Source: Acutalibacteraceae bacterium (GTDB taxonomy: Bacteria > Bacillota > Clostridia > Oscillospirales > Acutalibacteraceae). From it: a DNA stretch of 64,000 nt. The stretch is from positions 5,151-69,150 of the forward strand of contig JAZRMY010000011.1 of the NCBI GenBank assembly GCA_045647925.1. The letters are read 5' to 3'. Under the pieces are notes generated by a model that was not told the DNA's origin, searched no databases, and was given only the letters and a program-made list of their open reading frames with translations. The first letter of the stretch is position 1. Each line of letters begins with the position of its first letter. Of this stretch, positions 31,596 through 40,173 are shown piece by piece. The position numbers and the translations under genes are program-made.

Positions 31596-31608
31596 TGTCG
31601 GGAAGCCC
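31596..31608 (+). repeat. Right copy of the 13-nt direct repeat TGTCGGGAAGCCC
   Basis: Identical to 28711-28723. Upstream of it the two loci share no similarity. Confidence 0.6.
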
Positions 31609-31785
31609 GATTTTGCAAAATGGTAAGCTGATTGGAGCAGTAACCCACGTCCTTGTCGACGACCCCACCATAAGACAGGGGACGGTTCTGTGTCTTGCGT
31701 TCTTGTTGATGATCCCACAAAAGGCTACGGGATTTTTGTAGAGAATATGCTCGAAACTGCTCAAAAAGTTAATGAAAATAATTAA
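31596..31785 (+). pseudogene. Two stacked, diverged remnants of a spoIVB 3' end
   Basis: 31596-31669 encodes [25 protein letters not shown] 29-nt filler follows. Then 31699-31785, in a shifted frame, encodes [28 protein letters not shown]-stop. There is no upstream catalytic part and no start codon. Confidence 0.85.
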
Positions 31786-31854
31786 CTAAAAGATGTTTTA
31801 ATTTTATAGATTGAATGTAAAAATAAGTAACTATATTTATGTAAAAAAGCGTAA

Positions 31855-31883
31855 TTGACAGTTAAAAATTAAAGTGATATATT
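31855..31883 (+). promoter_or_regulatory. Sigma-A type promoter of the GH28/SGNH gene
   Basis: TTGACA-17 nt-TATATT. Confidence 0.5.
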
Positions 31884-31915
31884 TAATTTGACATATACTA
31901 TTGTGAGGTAAATTT

Positions 31916-34117
31916 ATGAGCTATAATGTATATCCTGTTACACAAACTGAAATTAAATGCGAAGACTATATCGTTAAAATTAACGGAAAACAAGTTGAGC
32001 TTAACACCGCAAGGGTTTCTTCTTTTCCTTTTAACCGACGTTGGCCCGGTCATCAGCGAGATATAGACCAAACTCAGCTTGTGAACTTTATTTCTCTTGA
32101 AACTGATGAAGCGTTACATTTTGAAATTAAACCAATTAAACCTTTTGATAATGCTGTTATACGTCCGTTATCGCTCGGAATTGAACCTAAAATAAACGAA
32201 GACGGCATTATATCTTTTACGCTTGAAAAAAGTACTTATTTTACGGTTGAACCTTACGGAATAAACAACGCTTTACATATTTTTGCCGACCCTTTAAGTG
32301 AATATAATATTGATAAAAATGATGAAAACGTTATATATTACGGCAAAGGGGAACACGACGTTGGTCTAATAACCCTTAAAAGCAATCAAACTCTATTTAT
32401 TGATGAAGGCGCGGTTGTTTATGCTTGTGTAAATGCGGAGGATGCCGATAATATTAAAATCCTTGGCAGAGGTATTCTTGATAACAGCAAAAACAAAGAA
32501 AAGGTTTTATTCGAATATAATGCCGAAAATAATGACGCCGCAATAAATAATGTTATACGTGACTACACCGTTTTACTTAAATATTGTACAAATATAGTAA
32601 TAGAAGGAATTACAATAAGAGATTCTTTGGTTTATAACATTAAACCGTTCGCTTGTAAAGATTTAAATATATCTAACGTTAAAATTATTGGTTGTTGGCG
32701 TTATAATTCCGATGGTATTGATATGCACAATTGCGAAAACGTTCTTATTGATAACTGTTTCTTACGTACTTTTGATGATTCGATTTGTATAAAGGGTTTT
32801 GATTTCTTTGACGCGGAAGATGCCGAAAAAGCGTCAAATGAAGCAATGTACCGTAACGGAAAAAGCTACGACATTTTTAAAAACGTTCTTGTTAAAAACT
32901 GCACTATTTGGAACGATTGGAGTAAATGTCTTGAAATCGGCGCGGAAACCAGAGCAGAAGAAATGTGTAATATTATTTTTGAAGATTGTAATATAATACA
33001 CGTTACGGGTTCACCGCTTGATTGTTACAATATCGACTACGGCGATGTTCACGATATAATTTACAGAAGGATTAACGTTGAATACGATGACGTAATTTTA
33101 AAACCGCTTGGACAAAATAGCGATTCGGAAAAGTATGTAAACAAAGACCCGAATTATTCACCGAGACTTATTTGCGTAATTGTAGATTTTCATCACGAAT
33201 ATTCCGCAGGTGGTACACGCCGTGGAAAATGCCGCAATTTCTTATTTGAGGATATACGCCTTTTTGGTAAGCACGCTCCTAAAGTGCATTTTGAAGGCTA
33301 CGACCAAGAACACCAAACCAAAGATATTCTAATTAAAAATATTTATTGGAACGGTGAACTTGTCAAAGAAATTGATAAAGAGAATTTCGTTATTGGTAAG
33401 TATACCGAAAATATTACTTATGAAGCCGACGATTTATATTCGAAAATCAAGGAAAACACCGTTAGTTCTAAAAATCAGTTAAAGGACAGTCAATGCGTAC
33501 GCTTTGAAAACCTTAACGGCAAGGGAAAACGTGTATTGTTTATGGGCAATTCTATAACGCTTCACGGTATTGTTGAGTCAATTGGTTGGTACAATGAATA
33601 CGGAATGGCGGCATCAAGTAAAGATAACGACTACGTTCATCTTCTTGAAAAGAAAATTAACGAAATTATTCCCGATTCACAGTTTTGTATTTGTCAGGTT
33701 TCACCGTGGGAAAGCGAATATAAAAACGGTAAATCAAAATACCACATTTTTGAAAACGCACGTGAATTTGATGCCGATTATATTGTTATGCGCTCGGTGG
33801 AAAATTGTCCTATTGATGACTTCGACCCAAAACTATATAAAAAAGAATTGGATGATTTACTTAACTATTTAAGCAAATCAGGTAAGGCAAAAATTGTTTT
33901 AACAACAGGCTTTTGGAAACACCCCGGCGATGAAATGATTATCGAATACGGCAAAGATAAAAATTTACCCGTAGTTTATCTTGGGGATTTAGGGGAAATG
34001 GACGAAATGAAAGCAATCGGACTTTTTGAACACAGAGGCGTTTCGCATCATCCGGGCGACCTTGGAATGAAAATAATGGCAGATAGAATATTCTCTGAAT
34101 TAAAGAAAATTTTATAA
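31916..34117 (+). CDS. Fusion protein: right-handed beta-helix glycoside hydrolase (GH28-like) plus C-terminal SGNH/GDSL-type hydrolase
   Basis: 733 aa. NSDGIDMHNC and FDDSICIKG resemble the GH28 NTDGxD / GDDC(I/V) motifs. The C-terminal RVLFMGNSITLHG resembles SGNH block I. No signal peptide. Confidence 0.65.
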   Translation: MSYNVYPVTQTEIKCEDYIVKINGKQVELNTARVSSFPFNRRWPGHQRDIDQTQLVNFISLETDEALHFEIKPIKPFDNAVIRPLSLGIEPKINEDGIISFTLEKSTYFTVEPYGINNALHIFADPLSEYNIDKNDENVIYYGKGEHDVGLITLKSNQTLFIDEGAVVYACVNAEDADNIKILGRGILDNSKNKEKVLFEYNAENNDAAINNVIRDYTVLLKYCTNIVIEGITIRDSLVYNIKPFACKDLNISNVKIIGCWRYNSDGIDMHNCENVLIDNCFLRTFDDSICIKGFDFFDAEDAEKASNEAMYRNGKSYDIFKNVLVKNCTIWNDWSKCLEIGAETRAEEMCNIIFEDCNIIHVTGSPLDCYNIDYGDVHDIIYRRINVEYDDVILKPLGQNSDSEKYVNKDPNYSPRLICVIVDFHHEYSAGGTRRGKCRNFLFEDIRLFGKHAPKVHFEGYDQEHQTKDILIKNIYWNGELVKEIDKENFVIGKYTENITYEADDLYSKIKENTVSSKNQLKDSQCVRFENLNGKGKRVLFMGNSITLHGIVESIGWYNEYGMAASSKDNDYVHLLEKKINEIIPDSQFCICQVSPWESEYKNGKSKYHIFENAREFDADYIVMRSVENCPIDDFDPKLYKKELDDLLNYLSKSGKAKIVLTTGFWKHPGDEMIIEYGKDKNLPVVYLGDLGEMDEMKAIGLFEHRGVSHHPGDLGMKIMADRIFSELKKIL

Positions 34118-34120
34118 TCA

Positions 34121-34147
34121 AAAAGGCAAGTTAAAACTTGCTTTTTC
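34121..34147 (+). terminator. Intrinsic terminator
   Basis: AAAAGGCAAG-TTAAAA-CTTGCTTTTT. Confidence 0.6.
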
Positions 34148-34194
34148 GTTTTTACTGTGCTAAAATTAGAGAAAATATTTTTTCGGGTGATAAT

Positions 34195-35172
34195 ATGAGG
34201 GATTTAGGATTTGTAAGAGACGTTGTAGGCACTAAGGATGACCCTAACCACCACATTTACGAAGCAAATGACGGCATATTTGTCCGTGATGTTGTAATTG
34301 ATGCAGGTATCGGCAAAGAGGTTACAATTGGTATTGTAAGTGATTTACACCTTAATTACGTAAATCAACAAGACTTTGACGAAGCAAACCCTGTTGTAAT
34401 GGCTTCTTATGAGCGCCGCAAATGGCTCGCGGGTGGCGAATCTGTACCGATGGCAAAAAGATGCTTAGAAGCAATTTCCGACTGTGACCAGATGATTGTT
34501 AACGGTGACACGCTTGATTTTTTAACCCACGGCGCTATGGAATTAATGGATAGGGAAGTTTGGGACAAGTACCCGAATATTTTAGCAAGCCTTGGCGGCC
34601 ACGAATGTACAAGAAGAATGCAAAGTCCCGTTGAAGACCCCACAACTATTGAATCTCGCTTTGAAGTTTTGCAAGATTATTGGAGACACGATATTCACTA
34701 TGTTTCACGTCTTGTTGGCGAAAAGGTTATTTGTGTTGTTATGAATAATAGCCAAGGAACATTTTACGACCACCAGATTGAACCTTTGAAGAAAGATATT
34801 GAATTAGCAAAAGAAAACGGTTATGTGGTTTTAGTATTCTTCCACGAACCGATTGATACCAATGACCCCAAAGACGAAGTAACAACACTTGAAATGGCGC
34901 TTTTAGTAGGTGATAAAAGCGGTTATCCTAAAAACTTCTATAACGGTATGCGACTTGGAAGTAAGGGAGCCGAAGCAAATAAAACCGTATACGAAATGAT
35001 AATTAATAACGCAGACGTTGTTAAAGCAGTTTTTGCAGGTCATAAGCACAGTGATTTTTATCTTGAAATTTTAGGACATAACAGTGACGGCACACCCGCT
35101 ATCATTCCACAATACGTTACAACCGCAACCGCTTATCAACGTGGACATTTACTTCGCGCTACCGTTAAATAA
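34195..35172 (+). CDS. Calcineurin-like metallophosphoesterase
   Basis: Motifs VSDLH, NGDTLDF, GGHE, FFHEP and AGHKH. I prefer the ATG at 34195 because the track start at 34138 lies inside the upstream terminator. Confidence 0.75.
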   Translation: MRDLGFVRDVVGTKDDPNHHIYEANDGIFVRDVVIDAGIGKEVTIGIVSDLHLNYVNQQDFDEANPVVMASYERRKWLAGGESVPMAKRCLEAISDCDQMIVNGDTLDFLTHGAMELMDREVWDKYPNILASLGGHECTRRMQSPVEDPTTIESRFEVLQDYWRHDIHYVSRLVGEKVICVVMNNSQGTFYDHQIEPLKKDIELAKENGYVVLVFFHEPIDTNDPKDEVTTLEMALLVGDKSGYPKNFYNGMRLGSKGAEANKTVYEMIINNADVVKAVFAGHKHSDFYLEILGHNSDGTPAIIPQYVTTATAYQRGHLLRATVK

Positions 35173-35190
35173 AAAAATTTAAAATTTCAC

Positions 35191-35219
35191 TTGAATTTAT
35201 AAGAAATTTATGGTAATAT
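35191..35219 (+). promoter_or_regulatory. Sigma-A type promoter of the riboswitch leader
   Basis: TTGAAT-17 nt-TAATAT. Confidence 0.55.
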
Positions 35220-35226
35220 ATTACCA

Positions 35227-35309
35227 ATGAGGGAGTAGCAAGCGTTACTTACGTAACAAGTCAACATTCCTGACTTTTTGTCTGGCTTGTTTTAAATTGC
35301 GAGACTCAT
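35227..35309 (+). promoter_or_regulatory. Probable yybP-ykoY (Mn2+) riboswitch aptamer
   Basis: AUGAG-GGAGUAGC...GGCUUG...GCGAGA-CUCAU. The P1 pairing AUGAG/CUCAU brackets the conserved GGGAGUAGC and GC(A/G)AGAC blocks remembered from the L. lactis aptamer. The central helices are shorter than in that reference. Confidence 0.55.
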
Positions 35310-35352
35310 GTATAACATTAGCTATGCATGGTGTCTGAATATTAAATATTTT

Positions 35353-35393
35353 ACCCCAAGTATAGCAAAAGTTATACTTGGGGTTATTTTTAT
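35353..35393 (+). terminator. Leader terminator (expression platform of the putative Mn2+ riboswitch)
   Basis: ACCCCAAGTATA-GCAAAAGT-TATACTTGGGGT, a perfect 12-bp stem plus T tract, 40 nt before the LOG start codon. Confidence 0.8.
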
Positions 35394-35432
35394 AAAATTT
35401 TTTATTATACTATTTATGAAAGGAGTAATTTT

Positions 35433-36014
35433 ATGAAAATATGTGTATTTGGTGCTGCTAGCTATGAGATTAACGAAAAGTATATCAAGTTAGTTGAAGA
35501 GTTAGGCGAATTATTGGCAAAACGTGGCCACGAATTAGTTTTCGGTGCGGGCGGTAACGGACTTATGGGCGCTGCAGCGAGAGGCGTAAGAAAACAAAAC
35601 GGCAAGATTTACGGTATTATTCCGTCATTCTTCCGCGATGAAACCATTGAAGCAATTTACGATAAATGCGACCAATTGATTTTCACCGAAACAATGGCGC
35701 AAAGAAAAACCAAAATGGAAGATTTGGCAGATGCTTTTATAATAGTCCCCGGTGGAATTGGTACCTTCGAAGAATTTTTCGAGGTTTTAACCCTTAAGCA
35801 GTTGGGAAGGCACACGAAACCAATCGTAATTTACGATATTAACGGCTATTATGAAAAGCTTGAAGAATTTCTTGATTTTTCAATAAGCGAAAAATTTATA
35901 AAGGATAATTGCAAACAACTTTACGGATACGAAAATGACCCCATAAAAGTTCTCGATTATATTGAAAATGATAAGCAAATTAAATTTGACGTTCACGAAA
36001 TGAAACAAGGTTAA
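35433..36014 (+). CDS. LOG-family protein (TIGR00730 Rossmann fold; nucleotide 5'-monophosphate nucleosidase type)
   Basis: 193 aa with GGGNGLMG and the PGGIGTFEE signature. Confidence 0.85.
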   Translation: MKICVFGAASYEINEKYIKLVEELGELLAKRGHELVFGAGGNGLMGAAARGVRKQNGKIYGIIPSFFRDETIEAIYDKCDQLIFTETMAQRKTKMEDLADAFIIVPGGIGTFEEFFEVLTLKQLGRHTKPIVIYDINGYYEKLEEFLDFSISEKFIKDNCKQLYGYENDPIKVLDYIENDKQIKFDVHEMKQG

Positions 36015-36031
36015 TTTTGGAGGAATAAAAA

Positions 36032-38644
36032 TTGTTATTTCATAATTTATCAAAAGAAAAGGTTTTAGAAAAACTAGCGACCGACGAAAAGAACGGTCTG
36101 TCACAAAAACAAATTACCGAATTAAGAGAAAAATTTGGGTTTAACAAGCTTAACGAGAAAAAGAAGAAAACAACCTTTCAACGCTTTGCAGAACAGTTTA
36201 AGGATGTTATGATTTTAATTCTTTTGGTTGCGGCGGCTGTTTCATTTGTTATTGCTTGTATTGAAGGTAACCCAAAAGAATTTTTTGAACCGTTACTTAT
36301 TCTTTTAATTGTTGTATTGAATGCAATTATGGGCGTTATGCAAGAAAGCAAGGCAGAAAAGGCGCTTGATGCTTTGAAAAATATGTCTGCGCCGCACGCA
36401 CGTGTTATACGTGACGGTAAAGAAACCGTTATTGATGCTGCCCAGCTTGTTCCCGGTGATATTATTAAGCTTGAAGCAGGGGACTTTGTTCCGGCAGATG
36501 CAAGACTTTTGCATAGCGTTAGCCTTAAATCCGAAGAATCTGCACTTACGGGTGAATCAGTTCCAAGTGAAAAGGATGCAAGTCTAGAAGTTGCGGAAAA
36601 TGCTCCGATAGGCGATAGAACCAATATGGTATTTTCGGGTTGTACAATTACCTACGGTACCGCTATCGCAGTCGTAACTGCAACCGGTATGGATACCGAA
36701 ATGGGTAAAATTGCAAACCTTTTAGATAGCGAAACCGAAACCCAGACCCCGTTACAGCAAAAACTCGCTCAGCTTGGTAAATATTTGGGTATTGTTGCGC
36801 TTGCGGCTTGCGGTATTATCTTTATTATCGGTGTTCTTAACAGTATTCCTGCGCTTGAAATATTTATGACTTCGGTATCACTTGCTGTATCTGCTATACC
36901 CGAAGGCTTACCCGCAATTGTTACAATTGTACTTTCAATCGGTGTACAGCGTATGGTTAAGAAAAATGCTCTTATCCGCCGTTTGCCCGCAGTTGAAACC
37001 CTTGGTAGTGCATCGGTTATCTGTTCGGATAAAACAGGTACATTAACCCAAAACCGTATGACACTTACTAAGGCCTATGTTGACGGCAAGGATGTTACCG
37101 ACATACCATATAAAAACAACGATGACGTTAATTTATTGTTACAGTATGCCGCACTTTGTTGTGATGGCTCTGTAATATTTGAAGACGGCAAGGAAGAACA
37201 CATAGGCGACCCAACCGAAACTGCAATTATTTATGCGGCGCATAAAGCAGGTATGCCTAAAGATGAAATTAATGAGAAATATCCCCGTCTTGCAGAAATT
37301 CCTTTCGATTCTGACAGAAAGTTAATGACAACCGTAAATAAAATTGACGGTAAAAACGTTGTTATTGTAAAGGGCGCTTTCGATATGATGGCGCAAAGAT
37401 GTGTTGCAGGTAACCTTGAAAAAGGCAAAGAAATTACCGAAGAAATGAGCCGTAATGCTTTACGTGTTTTAGCAGTAGGTTATAAGGTAATAGATAATGT
37501 ACCCGAAAATCCGACAAGTGAAGAGCTTGAAAACGGTCTTACCTTTATGGGTCTTGTTGGTATGATTGACCCGCCGCGTCCTGAAGCTCGTGAAGCTGTA
37601 GCACTTTGCAGACGTGCAGGTATTAAGCCTGTTATGATTACGGGTGACCACGTTGTAACTGCATCTGCTATTGCAAAAGAACTTGGTATTTTACTTGAAG
37701 GCGATATGGCTATAACAGGCGCTGAACTTGACGCTATGACCGACCGTGAACTTGACAGTATGGTTGAAAAAATATCTGTTTATGCACGTGTTTCACCTGA
37801 AAACAAAATACGTATTGTAAAGGCTTGGCAAAGAAAAGAACAGGTTGTTTCTATGACTGGTGACGGCGTAAACGATGCGCCTGCCCTTAAAGCTGCCGAT
37901 ATTGGTTGTGCTATGGGTATAACCGGTACAGACGTTGCTAAGGGTGCCGCTGATATGACCCTTACAGACGATAACTTTGCAACAATTGTTGACGCTGTAA
38001 GAGAGGGTAGAGGCATCTATGCTAACATTAAAAAGGTTGTAGGCTTCTTACTTGGTACAAATATAGGAGAAGTTATTACTGTATTTGTTGCTATGCTTTT
38101 ATGGCACGAAACTCCGCTTTTATCTATGCAGTTATTATGGATTAACCTTGTAACTGACTCACTTCCTGCAATTGCGCTCGGTATGGAAGCGGTTGAAAAA
38201 GATGTTATGGACAGAAAACCCAAGCCCAAGAACGAAAGCATTTTCGCACACGGCTTTGGTATCAGAGTAATTTTACAAGGTGTAATGTTTGCGGCGCTCA
38301 CATTATTTGCTTACTTCTACGGTAAAACTGTTGTTGGTACAACTGAAGCAGGTCAAACAATGGCATTTATTGTTTTAGCGCTTTCACAGGTTGTTCAGGT
38401 ATTCAATATGCGAAGTGAACATTCGTTATTTAAAATTGGTTTCTTTACAAACAAAAACCTTAACCTTGCGGCACTTGCATCCTTCTTGCTTGTTTTAGTT
38501 GTATTATTTACACCTGTAAGAATTGCATTTAATATTACTTTATTACCTCTTGGTATGTATTTAATCGCGTTAGGACTTGTAATTGTTCCGTTATTTGTTA
38601 TGGAAATTTCAAAGGCTATCGGACTAATTAAGCACAAACATTAA
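36032..38644 (+). CDS. P-type cation-transporting ATPase, type IIA (Ca2+/Mn2+ pump family)
   Basis: 870 aa with TGES, DKTGTLT, TGDGVNDAPALK and ten predicted TM helices. TTG start 8-9 nt after GGAGG. Confidence 0.9.
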   Translation: MLFHNLSKEKVLEKLATDEKNGLSQKQITELREKFGFNKLNEKKKKTTFQRFAEQFKDVMILILLVAAAVSFVIACIEGNPKEFFEPLLILLIVVLNAIMGVMQESKAEKALDALKNMSAPHARVIRDGKETVIDAAQLVPGDIIKLEAGDFVPADARLLHSVSLKSEESALTGESVPSEKDASLEVAENAPIGDRTNMVFSGCTITYGTAIAVVTATGMDTEMGKIANLLDSETETQTPLQQKLAQLGKYLGIVALAACGIIFIIGVLNSIPALEIFMTSVSLAVSAIPEGLPAIVTIVLSIGVQRMVKKNALIRRLPAVETLGSASVICSDKTGTLTQNRMTLTKAYVDGKDVTDIPYKNNDDVNLLLQYAALCCDGSVIFEDGKEEHIGDPTETAIIYAAHKAGMPKDEINEKYPRLAEIPFDSDRKLMTTVNKIDGKNVVIVKGAFDMMAQRCVAGNLEKGKEITEEMSRNALRVLAVGYKVIDNVPENPTSEELENGLTFMGLVGMIDPPRPEAREAVALCRRAGIKPVMITGDHVVTASAIAKELGILLEGDMAITGAELDAMTDRELDSMVEKISVYARVSPENKIRIVKAWQRKEQVVSMTGDGVNDAPALKAADIGCAMGITGTDVAKGAADMTLTDDNFATIVDAVREGRGIYANIKKVVGFLLGTNIGEVITVFVAMLLWHETPLLSMQLLWINLVTDSLPAIALGMEAVEKDVMDRKPKPKNESIFAHGFGIRVILQGVMFAALTLFAYFYGKTVVGTTEAGQTMAFIVLALSQVVQVFNMRSEHSLFKIGFFTNKNLNLAALASFLLVLVVLFTPVRIAFNITLLPLGMYLIALGLVIVPLFVMEISKAIGLIKHKH

Positions 38645-38646
38645 TC

Positions 38647-38682
38647 AAAAAACACTTCCGTGAAAAATCGGAAGTGTTTTTT
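38647..38682 (+). terminator. Intrinsic terminator
   Basis: AAAAAACACTTCCG-loop-CGGAAGTGTTTTTT. Confidence 0.85.
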
Positions 38683-38704
38683 GATAAAAACTTTAATATA
38701 ACTG

Positions 38705-38733
38705 TTGACAAATATAAGCATTAGTAGTATAAT
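38705..38733 (+). promoter_or_regulatory. Sigma-A type promoter of the yerC-like/his operon
   Basis: Perfect TTGACA-17 nt-TATAAT. Confidence 0.7.
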
Positions 38734-38776
38734 TCATTACATTAGTTAAGTAAAGTGTTTTTAAAAGGAGAAAATT

Positions 38777-39067
38777 ATGAGTAATTGGCATAGTAAAAGC
38801 ACAGATGAACTTTGCAAGGCATTACTTTCACTTGAAAATATTGATGAATGCTACGCTTTTTTAGAAGATATTTGTACAATTAAGGAAGTACTTGATATTT
38901 CACAAAGACTTGATGTTGCGAAAATGTTAAAAGACGGCATAAGCTATACGAAAATTGCAACCGCAACTGGTGCAAGCTCTGCAACAATTAGTCGTGTAAG
39001 CAAATGCTGTGAATACGGCACAGGCGGATACAAAACTGTTATAGACAGATTAAACGGAGAAAAATAA
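38777..39067 (+). CDS. YerC/YecD-family TrpR-like DNA-binding protein
   Basis: 96 aa. LLSLENIDECYAFLEDICTIKE...ISQRL...SYTKIATATGASSATISRV matches the YerC/YecD HTH family. One-nt stop/start overlap with hisZ. Confidence 0.8.
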   Translation: MSNWHSKSTDELCKALLSLENIDECYAFLEDICTIKEVLDISQRLDVAKMLKDGISYTKIATATGASSATISRVSKCCEYGTGGYKTVIDRLNGEK

Positions 39068-40173
39068 TGATAGACAGTAAAATTTTAAAAAGCGAAGAAA
39101 AAGCAATTTTTGCTTTAAGAAGTCTTTATAAAAAATACGGTTATAAACCTTTTAAAATGTCTAAATTCGAAGAATACGAATTTTACATAAGAAATAAGGA
39201 TTTTTTGATAAGTGACAGAATTATTACCTTTAATGATACAAACGGCAAGCTTTTAGCCTTAAAGCCTGACGTTACGCTTTCGATTATTAAAAATTGTGAA
39301 GATGTAAAGGGCGAAAAGCAAAAGGTATTTTATAACGAAAATGTTTACCGTATTTCTGAAAACACACACAGATACAAGGAAATTATGCAAGCAGGTCTTG
39401 AATGCATAGGAGATATTGATTTATACGATATTTATGAAACTGTATCTCTAGCTTCGCAAAGTCTTTCTTTGATATCAGAGGATTTTGTTTTGGAAATTTC
39501 GCATTTGGGTGTTCTTTCTGCAGTTATTGATTATGTTTGTGATAATAAAACCTTTAAAGCTAAGGCGATGGATTTAATTGCAAATAAGAATGCTCACGAC
39601 CTTAAAAGACTTTGCAATGAATACTCGATAAACAATGATAATACTACATTAATTTGTAATTTTATTTCTGTTTACGGCGAAAGAAATAAAGTTATATCCG
39701 AGCTTGAAAAGCTTTGCGGTGAAATAGTTAGAGATACTTTAATAGAACTAAAAACTATATCTGCAATGCTTGATAATTTACCGTTTAGTTCAAAAATTGT
39801 TTTTGATTTTTCTGTTGTAAATGATATGAACTATTATAACGGATTTGTTTTTAAAGGCTTTATTAACGGTATTTGCGACGGTATTCTTGCCGGCGGACAG
39901 TATGATAACTTAATGAAGAAAATGGATAGAAAATCAGGTGCGGTTGGTTTTGCGCTATACCTTGATTTACTAGAGCAGTTACCAAAAGAAAAAACCGATT
40001 TCGACGTTGAAGTTTTACTTATATATGATGAAAAATGTGATAATTTCGAAATAGCTAAAACTGTTGATAGTATTATTAAATCGGGTAAAACCGTAACGGC
40101 GCAAAAATGTATTCCAACAAAACTTCGCTATAAAGAAATTATTGATTTAAGAAAGGAAGGGTATAATGCTTAA
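39067..40173 (+). CDS. hisZ: ATP phosphoribosyltransferase regulatory subunit (HisRS paralogue)
   Basis: 368 aa HisRS-like core without an anticodon-binding domain, directly upstream of the short-form hisG. Confidence 0.85.
   Translation: MIDSKILKSEEKAIFALRSLYKKYGYKPFKMSKFEEYEFYIRNKDFLISDRIITFNDTNGKLLALKPDVTLSIIKNCEDVKGEKQKVFYNENVYRISENTHRYKEIMQAGLECIGDIDLYDIYETVSLASQSLSLISEDFVLEISHLGVLSAVIDYVCDNKTFKAKAMDLIANKNAHDLKRLCNEYSINNDNTTLICNFISVYGERNKVISELEKLCGEIVRDTLIELKTISAMLDNLPFSSKIVFDFSVVNDMNYYNGFVFKGFINGICDGILAGGQYDNLMKKMDRKSGAVGFALYLDLLEQLPKEKTDFDVEVLLIYDEKCDNFEIAKTVDSIIKSGKTVTAQKCIPTKLRYKEIIDLRKEGYNA

Noticed and set aside
31471-31764. 97-aa minus-strand ORF in the supplied track
   Set aside because: It lies antisense to the spoIVB 3' remnants, whose plus-strand translation clearly matches the SpoIVB C-terminus. 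It has no RBS and an implausible composition, so I treat it as an artefact of the pseudogene region.
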